64,000 bases of DNA from positions 3,937-67,936 of the IMG/VR virus record IMGVR_UViG_3300017651_000001. One strand, given 5' to 3'. Of the stretch, positions 45,617 through 56,900 are shown one piece after another (within the stretch, counting starts at the first letter, position 1; each line of letters starts with the position of its first letter). Position numbers and translations under genes: made by a program. Below the pieces are notes generated by a model. The model made no database searches and was not told the DNA's origin. It saw nothing but the letters and a program-made list of their open reading frames with translations. Source of the stretch: a virus (lineage: Duplodnaviria; Caudoviricetes).

Positions 45617-48600
45617 CAGCTCGCCCCGTCCTTCAGCGAACCCGCGACGACCACGCCGAAGCGGACCTCCTCGCGGTCATCGTCGATGAGATCCTCGTCC
45701 CCGTCGACCTCTTCGGGGTCGGCGACCGGAACGTACAGCGTGTACGGCGTGATCTTGATGGTCGGCGGGCCTTCCACCTTGTCCATGTACTCCATGATGA
45801 AAGCGAAGGAGTCCTGGATGCGGGCCACCGACGCCGAGTACTCGACGTAGGAGTTCACGTCCTCGAAGCGCGTCATTTGCCGACTAATCCTTCCTGCGGC
45901 CGAACCAGCCGGACACGTCGCGGAACTTGGGGCGGACAGGCTTCGCGGGCTCGGGCGCCGGCGTGCCCGACAGCGCGTGCAGCGCGATCAGCAGGTCGCG
46001 GATGGGGAACACCAGGCCAGCGGTTGTCAGTGGCGGTGCGCTGCCATCCCCGAAGAGCGTCAGTGTCAGGGCAACGTGCTTGTCGGTGGCTGGCTTCCAG
46101 AGCACCAGAACGGCCTCGCCATCCTGACTCTCGACTTCGATGCTCATGACTTGCTCCTCTGCGTGAAGGTGGCGAACGGGTAGCGGGCGCGGCGTCGCGC
46201 CATGCGGGCAGTGGGGGAGGCGTAGATGACCGCGGCGGTGTAGACGGCGGCGAGCCAGGCGAGGACGCGGCGCATCACACCGCACCCCCGATCGCCCTGA
46301 GCAGCCCCTCGGGCGTCTGGAACAGCGGAGCCGGGAAGTACTTGTCGAACGTCGTGGAAACGCCGACCAGGCCGGTCTTGCGGTCGAGGCCGAGGAAGCA
46401 GATCGTGTCGACCCGGATGAATACGTCGAAGTTGATCTCGACGAAGTTCGCCCGGTCGCCCACGGCGTCGAGCATGTCCTCGACAACCTCTAACGCGGTC
46501 ACCGGGTAGTACGCGCCGCCGGAGAGGGTCACGCCCAGCTCGCCCGACTCGTGCTCATGCAACACCATCACGATGTCGGCGGCGCGGACGTACTGATCCT
46601 TGGCGATCTTGATGAAGCGTCGGGTCATGATGCTGCCTTCTTCTTGTCGACGTAGAACCTCATCACATGCCCTCCGTCACCGACAGCCAGGCGAACAGCG
46701 CCGCCGAGAACGCGGCGACCACGATGCCGGCGACGCCGAGGGAGATGAGGGCGCTCTTGAAGCCGTCCCGCACGATCTCGACGATGAACAGCATGAACAG
46801 GATGAACACCACGAGCACGTAGAAGAGCTGGACCTGCGTGAGGGGGATCACGTCAGCACCTCCCGCGTGCGGCGCCACACGCCACGCCTCGACTTGGGGT
46901 CAACGGCGTGATCCTGCGGGGCCTCCTCGCCCTTGCGGTCCTGCTCGATGAGCTGTGCGATCGTGGCCTGGGGGAGTCCGAAGTGGATGATGGGCCTGTC
47001 GGAGTTGAAGGTGGTCATGCGAGTGCCTCCGGGTGCCGATGTGCCCACTCGGGGTGCTGGCCGGTGATGTGGCGGCGCACGTTCACGAACGACCGCTGGC
47101 AGCCGGGGACCGGGCAGACGCCGTTCGCGATGCGGTTGCGCAGGCGGGTGATGTGGCCCTTGTACGCCCGCGCGGAGCGCTCGGCGGCTCGCGCCTGATC
47201 GCGCGCCGCGGTCAGTGCGGTGTTGGCCCAGTCGCGCTGACGGCGCGCCGCCGCAAGGCGCTCCTCGAGCTTCTGCTTCTCCGTCGTGATGAAGTGGAGC
47301 TTGTGCCCGTTCGGGCAGTACCACTCACCGCCGTTGTCGAGCCGATCGCGGTACATCTCGTCCGGGATCGCGTGCGGGATGCTGCACACCCCGCAGGTGA
47401 GGATCTCGAGAGTTCCTGTGTAGGTGAGAGTCGCCATCCGTGTCTCCTTCCCCAGTGGTCTTGGTCCGCGGGCCGCGCCGGGTCTGCAAGCGCGGCCCGC
47501 GGTGTGGGTTATCGCCCCAGAATAGCATTGCGTTAGTGGACTAATCCACCCTCACGGCGCTTATTCAGCAAGGAGAAGGCCCCGAGGAGCACGGGAAGGG
47601 CTGGGCATGCTACGACTCGGGGCCGGCGAAGACAGCGCTTGCGGACCACACGCTCTTGCTGCTCGCCCCTCCAGTCTAGGCGGCGCGGAGCGGGGTTTAG
47701 CGGGCAGAACGTCCCTCGATGCGGGTATCTAGGTACGGTTCGTTGCTGCCCCGGACCACTCGGAGCGGGGATCGTGGTCGACGAACCACTCGTAGCCCTC
47801 GCGCTCGAAGTAGGCATCGCCGTCGTGGATGGCATGGATCTTGACGATCGCGCCCGTATAGGTTTCGGGCTCGAAGTCGTCCCACGCTAGCCCGGTGAGC
47901 ATCACCGTGTCGCCAACTAGGAAGCGGCTCATTCGTGGCCCTTTCGCAGGAACTTGGCGTGGGATAGCAGGCTGTCGACAGCGTGACCTGCGGCATCGTG
48001 GGCGCCCGCCCAATAGTCGCCCACATTGGGGCTTGCGATCGAGGCTCGAATGCGGGTCTCGACGTACTCGTTCGCGAAGCCCTCCAGCGCATCGGCCGCG
48101 GCCTCGCGCTTGATGCGGTCCAGCAGCGGGGAGGCGAGGATGGCGTCGGCGAGGCGTGAGCACTCGGTACCTTCGTCGAAGATGGCCTCGCCGCGAGGCT
48201 TGTCCATCGCGGCGTTGTGGATCATCTCCGCCAGCTCTTCGCGGATGTCGCGGGTCATGCTTCCTCCTCGCGGTACGGGTTGGTGTTGCAGCCGCAGTCC
48301 CGAGACTCCTCGGCGTTGACGTAGTGGCCCTTGTCGAAGCCTTCATCCCACGCCTCGGCGCGAATCCGCCGGAGCAGCGGGGAGGCGAGGATGGCGTCGG
48401 CCGCCTTCTCGACAAGTGGGCGGATGTCTTGCCCGAGCACAGACGGTTGCACCTTCTTCGGGTAGTTCGATGCATTCCAGAGGACTGAGCGGATTGCAGC
48501 CTCGATCTCTTCGCGGATGTCGCTGGTCATGATTCTCCTCCATTCAGGGCGGCCTCAAGAGCGGCGCGCATCCGCTGATCCCGCAGAAGACCCGCCGACT

Positions 48601-50612
48601 CGGCGTATGCATCGAGCGCCGCTTCCACCATCTCGTCGGTGATCTCCACGGGCTGTTCGCGCTGCCAGGCGGCGCCCTCGGTGAAGCCCTCAGCCCCCAA
48701 TTCGGCCAGCATCCCGCCGCGATGCCGGTATCGCTTCTCGGCTACTTCGCTAGCCTTGTCGTCTGCGGTGGTCATGATTCTCCTCCATTCAGGGCGGCTT
48801 CGAGGGCATGGCGGGCCATTGCCTGGTAGTCAGCGATGCTGTACACGTCGTTGAACGCGGGATCGTCCTTTAGGATCGCTCGCGCCGCCCGCTCCACCAT
48901 CTCGTCGGTGATCTCCACGGGCTGTTCGCGCTGCCAGGCGGCGCCCTTCTCGAACGCGATGCGCCGGGCACGTCGGATGGCGCCAGGGTTCAGTGGCACC
49001 CCTCCGCGGGTACCATAGCGTCGCTCCGCCTCGCGGAATGCGGCCTGGGCGGCCTTGTCGTCTCTCATCCTGCCCTCCCTTCCTCAACCCTCAGATTAGT
49101 GGACTAAACGGGTGGGCGACAACCCCGGAACGCTGGGAGAACGGCTGGAATGTTTCGCGGATGGGTCGGTTTACTTTACTCAGGTATACGGCTGGCGTAT
49201 ATGGGGGTGAGGTGGAGGCTCAGCCGCGCAAGCGGCGGATCTCAGCCACGAGCGCTCGGATAAGGTCCGTGTAGTGCAGGGTCGGCTCGGGGTACTCGTA
49301 GACGTTCTCACCGCACTGAACGAGCTTGGCCGGGTCATAGCCGGACCAGAAGTCGAGCAGGCGGGAAAGCGTGAACTCAGCGCCGACGACAGCACCATCG
49401 CCGTCAAGCGCGGCATCCAGCGCTTCCTCGAGAAGGGTCAGGCTGGTGTCATCAAGCGGGATCGTCAGGTTGCTCATCGAGCCACTCCACTTCGGCGTAC
49501 AGGGTCTTCTGGGGGAACAGGGAGCGCAGCGAGTAAGCAAGGATGTCGCGTAGGGGGAATCCGCTGACGTAGCCGAAGCAGAAGTCGAAGACAGCTCGGC
49601 GGACGCCCCAGTCCCGCATCGGGCGGGGGATGCCGTGCCCGAGAGACTGGAGAGGGCCGCTGTAGCGGCCCGTGGAGCCGTCGGCCTTGCGCCACTGCAT
49701 GTCGGTCATGCTCCGCCGCCAGCGGGGCCCTGGAGGCGCTTCTGGCTCCACTTCTCCATGATGCGCCGCTCAGCGGGGGAGATGTCGCTGCTCCCCGCCG
49801 TGAGGCCGTAGCGCACGCCAGGCGGGACATGCTCGAGGGCTTTCTTGAACTGACGCTTGTAGAACTCGGCCTCGGCGTCGGCGTACTCCAGCGCATCCGC
49901 CAGGTCGTTGATGAGGGCGCTGCGGGCGTTGCCGGGGTGCGATCCCGCCGTGAAGCCGCGGGCTTCGGCGATGAGGGCCTGGATGTCGGTGGTCACGTCA
50001 GCGCCTCCAGGATCGCGTCTGCCACGTCCTCGACGCAGGTGCAGGCGTCGGGGTAGCGGTCGGGGTGTTCGCACCGCCAGGAGTGCGGAGAAGCGCCGTG
50101 GTCGTCGAGGCCCTGCTCGCGCAGCGCGCGGAGGATGATCTGCCTGCGGGCCGCCTCCCTGATGGCCTGGACGCGGGCGTTGTCCCAGGTCTGAAGTTCG
50201 GCGGTCATGAGAGTGCCTCCAGTTCGTCGGCGTCGAAACCGAGGATGCCCGCCGCGCGCTCGTCGAGGCGGACGCCGTATTCGTACCCATACACCTCGCC
50301 GCCGGTGATGACGCCTTCCGCCTGGCCCGTCGCGAGCACGCCGGGCTTGGTGCGCACGCGGTCGCCGATGTTGAACTGGGTGGTCATGCGTCATACCGCC
50401 TTCAGGCTCATGGCCGTCTGGGGGCTGAAGTCGTACATGGGGTGCTCGGCGTACTTGCCGAGGAAGCCTCCGCCGGCGGGGCTAGCTCCGCTCTCGCGGG
50501 TGAACTCGCCGAGCAGGTCGGCGATGCGGCGCTCCTGGTCCTCCGTGAGTTCGATCGTCGAGAAGATCTTATAGAGGTGTGCTGTCGCGATCGCCTCCGC
50601 GCTGATACCCAT
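45616..50612 (-). CDS. Cluster of small hypothetical ORFs, including a zinc-binding coiled-coil ORF (47015-47437) and duplicated paralogs (47929-49068)
   Basis: Tightly coupled ORFs; no recognised families. Confidence 0.55.
49074..49121 (-). promoter_or_regulatory. SigA-like promoter TTGTCG-N18-TAATCT with the operator overlapping spacer and -10
   Basis: Minus strand TTGTCGCCCACCCGTTTAGTCCACTAATCT, then a purine-rich SD region. Confidence 0.6.
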
Positions 50613-50924
50613 GTCCCGCTCCTTCCGCTGGTTTCGCTTGCCCTGCAAGTTCAGTTTAGTGGGCTATTGCCCCGGTTCTGCTGTGAGAGGGCTGAAATTT
50701 CTACGCGCTGACAGCCCCGCCCGCATAACCCCCGTCGCCGGCGCCACAATCTGGCATGTTTCGCCGGCGTCGCGAGCCGCGCAATCCGCGCGAGCCGCCG
50801 GCGCCGCGCCTCCCCTTGCGCCGCCCGCTACCCTGCCGCGCGAGCCCCGTTGATAACGGTTATCAACTAGCGTTTTGCCACCTCTGGGGTACACATTTGG
50901 GCCAATAGTGGGTAGAATCGCCTT

Positions 50925-53900
50925 ATGGCGAACATGATTACACCGGTTCTTGACCTTGGCGCGCCCGCGCGCGAGCGCGTCGCGCGCATGGCGCAGCTCG
51001 AGCGCGAGTACGAGCGCCGCGCGCACCACGGGCGCGCGTGCCTGAACCCGACGTATTGCGCCGCTAGCGGCGGCGTAGGCGCAGGATGCCGCAACACGCA
51101 CACCCGGAAGGACTGACACCATGCGCACTCGCTATGCACTCGCGACCCTGGCGGTCGGTATCGCCGGCGCCGCTATCGGCGTAGGCGCGACCCTCGCGCT
51201 GACGCCCGCGCCTGTCGCGCCCGCGCCGATCGTGCATGTGGCCGAGCCTGCCACGCCCGCGCCCACGGCGACGCCTGCGGACACGGCATGCCGTGACGCT
51301 GTTGACCTGCTGATCGGCATGCACGACACGGCGCATGCCGAGCTTGTCAACGTCATCCTTGCGGACCTGTACGCCGGTACGCCGCGTGACTGGTCCGACT
51401 ATGAGGCCATGCGCGCACAGCTCGGCAGTGACGCTGAGGCGAACGTCTGGCCTGTCGTGCGGGCTTGCCTGGACACTCACTGACACGTCAACCGATAGCC
51501 ACTAGGGAAGGGCACATCATGGAAATCCAGGTCACACTCACGGGACGCGAGACCATCGATGCGCGCGTCTACATTGACCACGGCATCAACACAAGCGTCG
51601 CCTACGGACTCGCATTCAACGATGACGGCGATGTCGTCGCGGAAACCGACTCGACTCGCTACGGCGGATTCTGTGAGGCGGAGATTGTCTATCACGAGTT
51701 GCACAGACTCATCGCCTGGCGATGGGGGATCGAGTCGGGGGACATCGCCGACGCGCTCGACATGCGCGGCATCATGTGCGACTGCGAAGAGGGCTAGCCA
51801 TGCTCACGCGAATTGCCCACTACCTCGCGTCGCACCTGACGCGCGCCGGCCGCGAGCGACGCCGCTACGCACAGGCGATCATCACCGCATGCGTCGCACG
51901 CTTCGCAGATCCGATCCACTAGGTACACATATAGGCCAATAGGGAAGGCTGGACAATGACCAACCACGACAGCAACGCCGCGCCGCGCGCGTGGGCCGAC
52001 GGGTTCGGCCTCTGGCACGCGGAAGTCCCTGCGACGCATCCGCACCCCGCTACGCTCGCGCGACGCCTCATCCGCCACGAGCTGACCGCACACGGAGAGG
52101 CCAAGCAGGGCTATCGGCTCAAGCTCGACCAGCGCGAGCCCTACACGCCCGGCATGCTCCACTACAAGGAACGATGACCATACCCTCTGAGCGGCCCGCG
52201 AGCGCGCGCCTCAGCGACTCTCGCGGCGGTTCAGTAGGCATGGCCTACTCAAACCATGACAAGCCACTAGAGAGGGGCGATCACGATGCCCTGGCATATC
52301 CTCATCTTCACACTCGCGACACTGGCGACGCTCACGCTGCTGCTTCTCTTTATCAAAGGCGCCTCACGACACATCCACGTCACCGACACCTACGCCGGCC
52401 TTACAGCCTGCCGAGAGTGCGGTCGAATCATCCGCGACGACGCCTCAGAGGACGATTCCCAGCGAACGTCCAGACACCCGAGAGTGTAAACCTGTGTTAC
52501 AAGCAAAACCCGCGGAATCATGCGGAACTTGCTTCGCGAGCCCCTAGAGCATGAAAAGTACCCTAGATTACTGAACTATCAGACTATCTATATGTCTACT
52601 AGGGTATTAGACACTCTAGATACTCTCAGACCTACTTCCGCGGAAAATCAACGATCTAGGTTGTAACATCGGTTTACACTTTTGGCCCTCAGAGCCTAGA
52701 CAACTGAACAGTCCGACTTTTTTTCAGTCGGAACGTCTAGACTTTCCGCCTAGACTTTCCGACCGCCAAAACAGTCCGACAGTCCACTAGTCCGATTGGA
52801 GCATCATGCCGAATCTCGACCGTATCGCCCTCGAAACGCTCACACGCCTCGCGGCAGAGCGGGCGGAGCTGGAAGCACGCCTGAGGGCGAATCTCGACGC
52901 CACGCGCGCAGAGGTCCGCACAGGCTCACGCGCCGGCGTAGCGCTCGCCAAGCTCGCCCGCGCCGCGGGAGTCTCGCGCGTTACGGCGTATCGCTGGCTC
53001 GCGGATTGACTGAACAGCCGACACACGAAAGGATCGCGACCATGAACACTGAGAACCTGCCCTACCGCGTTGAGTACCGATTTCCGAACGGCGAGACAAT
53101 CCACGTCGCCGCATTCGCGAGATGGGACGATGCCCAATGGTTCGCAAGGCGCGACGATGAGGCCGTTGGAGCTTCCTACGCTGATGAAGAGTGTCCCGAG
53201 GTCGTCGTTATCGACACGGCGCAGGGTGCCGAGGACATCGTTACGGAGCGTCGCCAGGCTTGGGAGTAAGCCTGTAAACCCCTTGACAGACAACTGAACA
53301 GTCCACTAATCTAGGCAGTACGAGATAGCCACTAGGGAGGCAATCGAGATGAACATCCAGAACTTGATCGAGGAAGCGCGCTGGCTGCGCTCCGTCGAAG
53401 GCGAGAACCCAGAGTACGATCGCGCACTGGTGGAGCTGGTGGCCGCGTTCCTGCCCGGTGAGAACGAAGAGCGCTACGGGTATCTGTACCCCGTGATTCT
53501 CGATCGCCCGATGCCGGCCTAACCCCCACAAAGTCGAAACGCCGCGAGGCGTCGCTAGGACACCGGCACCCCTGGCCTGATGAGACAGCCGACTAAATCG
53601 CCAGACACGCCACTAGGGAGGGCAATCATGGCAAGGTACGAAACCCACAAGCGAACGTCGCAGGGCAAGGCCCGCACGATCGCACGCAACACGGCCCGCG
53701 CGCTCAAGTATCAGCAGCCGGCGCGCGTCACGACCGCCGGGAGGGCTGCGCGGTGAAGTTCTCACTGGAAATCAAGCTGGGCAACGACGCGAACGGGAAT
53801 CGCGTCGGACAGTGGCGCGTGACCAAGAATGGGGAGGGCTGAGCGATGGGACTCTACCGATACAGCGCGACCGTCAACGGCAAGCGCCGCTCCGTGATGT

Positions 53901-56900
53901 TCCACGCCAAGCCTGAGGATTGGGGGCACGAGCCGACCCGCGAGGCTGACGGCACTGTGACGCCGGCGGAGCTGAACCTTGCGACGGCCCAGCTTGTCAT
54001 CGACAACAAATACGACCTGTACAAGCGCTTCTACGCTGGCGCGACGGATGCGGACTACGACGCCGAGCACGTCGGCGCGCTGCTCGAAAAGCAGGGCTGG
54101 CAGATCATCGAGGGGGACGCATCATGACCACGCACACCATGAACACCTACAGCATCGCGACCGATTACGAGTACACCGAGACTCACAAGCGCGAGCGACT
54201 GAGCATCTGGTCGGGCGCGTTCGCATCCGACTACGAGGGTGAGGCGTACAGCCGACCCCGCGGATGGACGATTCGCCCGTACTACGGCCTGGGCGACGTG
54301 ATCCGCGTTGACGGTCCGAATCGCCGCACGGATGAGAACTACCCAGAGGTGGACCGACTGATTTCGGATGCGCTCGAAGCGTACTGGGCAGAGCGGGCGG
54401 TGCTGTAGTCATGACCACCACGCCAACCACCGAGTACGGCTACCTGCTCGCTCACGCTTTCGAGCGCGAGACGGTCGGGGGATTCACCCGCGCCGCTGAC
54501 GCCTGGGAAGCCCTGCACGACGTTCTGAACGCTCAGAAAGGCTCAGACGGCGTGGTCCTGCGCCGAGACTCGAAGGATGAGCCCTGGCGCCCCGTGGGCC
54601 GCGTCGCGTGGTGGTGGTCGCTGTGAGCACCTACTACGAAACCGGCCAGCGCGTCCAGGAAGCGCTCAGAAACGGCGAAACGCTGCGCGTCGAGCTGAAT
54701 GACGGTACCTGGGATCTGTGCGGCATCCACCTTGCGGAAGAGTGGCACATGCTCGCGCCGGGTGAGCGGTTCCGAATCATTGATCCGAGCAGGTGCGATG
54801 ACTGCCAGGAAATCGAGCACGACACATGCCCTCTTGCGGAGGGCTGCACATGCTGTGCCGACACAGCGGAGAGGAGTGAGGAGGGATGAGCACGCTCTAC
54901 AGGCTCACGGTAACGGCGGAAGAACTCGCGAAGGTGCGCGACGCTATCGGCCACGACGGCGGGGCAAAGCCTTACAGGCCGCGCGCCGCCGCGGCTCAGT
55001 CTGAGCCTTTCAATCCGAACACCGGAGATCCGGCGTTGGATGCATTTATGACGGCGCATCACAACCCGAAGTGGCGCCCCGCGCCGCTGCCCAAGTCTCC
55101 CGGACTGCCAGCGTTGCGGCCCATGAAGGTCTATGAGCAGGACGAAGCGGAACGGGCGTGGAAGTTCGAGGCACAGAAGGCCGCAGAGGATATCAAGGCT
55201 GGCAAGATGCCTGAGGCTGAGGCCGCACTCCGCGAGTTCATCGCGATTCATCGCCCCGTCTGGGGGCGACGGGGAAACGTCTACCGCTCAACCGAGCACG
55301 GCTACACCATCGCGAAAACTGCGGCCGGGTGGTTCCGGGCGCTTCGCCCAGACGGGCGCGAGCTGGGCGAGTTCAGGCTGTGGAAGCAAGCAGAAGATGC
55401 GATCGATGAGCACAGGGCCGGATCGGAGAAGGCGGCATGACCACCCAAGCACCCTACGAAGTCAGCCCCTACGCCCGCAAAGCCTCAGAGGGCTTCGGGC
55501 TGGACGTGCTCTGGAATCAGGCCATCCAGACCGCCCGAGATGCGACGGTCTGCACCTGCGCTCATCGGAACGTCTCGCACGGCTACGGAGACGACGCTGG
55601 CCCGACGTGGCCGGACGGCTCGCGGATCGGCCGCGGCGCGTGCGGTATCGAGGGCTGCGATTGCCCACTATTCGAGGATTCCGCGACGCTCGCGGAGACG
55701 ATTACAGGAAGGCGAGGCAATGCCTAAGAGCACGACCGACCACTCCGCCGTTCGCTGGACCTGCCAGGAGGAGGGCTGCGGGAAATCCGGCGTCGCCACG
55801 GACACCCTCGACCGACTACTGCTTCACGACTGCAAGAGCCGAGGCCCGCTCGACACCGTTTCAATTCTTCTCATCGAGAACACGGAGGACCACCGCATGA
55901 CCACCCACAAGACCCCCGAGGATATCGCGGACGCGACGATCGACACCGTGACCACCCTTACCCCGAAGGGCGCGCGCCAGCTCATCATCCAGGCCATCGA
56001 GGCCGACCGCGCCCAGCGCCAGCCGGAAATCTACATCGTGCAGAACGAGGCGGGCGATGTGGTGGACGTGTTCCGCGACGCCGACGAGGCGACCGCCGTC
56101 TACCAGGAGGGCTACAGCGTCATCGAGGAAACGATCTGGGAGCCGGGCGAGTACGCATCTGTGCGCATCGAGGAGCTGACCGACGCATGGGAGTCGGCGA
56201 CCGGCGACACGGCGAGCGACTACGCGCTCAGCGAGGACGACTGGAAGGTCGGCCTGGACGACGACGAGGCCGCGGAAATCGCGCGCCTCATCAAGTGGCG
56301 GGAGGCTCAGAAGTGACCCCCGAGCAGATCGCAGAGGCGACCGTCGAGTCGTTCGAGTCGGATGACCGCATGAGTGTCAACCCGCACGACCTGACATACA
56401 CGTTCGGCTACCCGCTCTTGAAGGACATGCTGACCGCCGCTATCGAGGCCGACCGCGCTCAGCGCACCTGGCAAGTCCTGGCCGGCGGAACCTCACGCTA
56501 CCCGCTCGCGATCATCGGCGCGTATGCGACCAAGTTCGAGGCGGAGGCCGTGGCTGACGCATGGAATCGCGTCAATGGGCAGTACGGCATCCGCTACCGA
56601 GTCGAGGAGGACGCATGACCGCCCTCTCCCACCCCGACTGGCTGCGCGTGATGGACGTGCTCGATGCGACGCCGTGGCGCAAGGATGACGCCACCCGAGC
56701 GGAGCTGTGGCACGCGCTCGAATGCGCGGCGGCGCTTCCCCCGTCAGACCCGGAGCGCTGCGCGTCGTGGGAGCGGGTGCGCTACCTCGCTGGCTACCCG
56801 GTCGGCGGCGGCGCTCACCGCCCGCTGTACGCGCTGGGCGCCGGCCCCACGGCGGAAGATCCGTACACGGCGGGCGAGCCTCCCGAGTTCGGGGAGCTGC

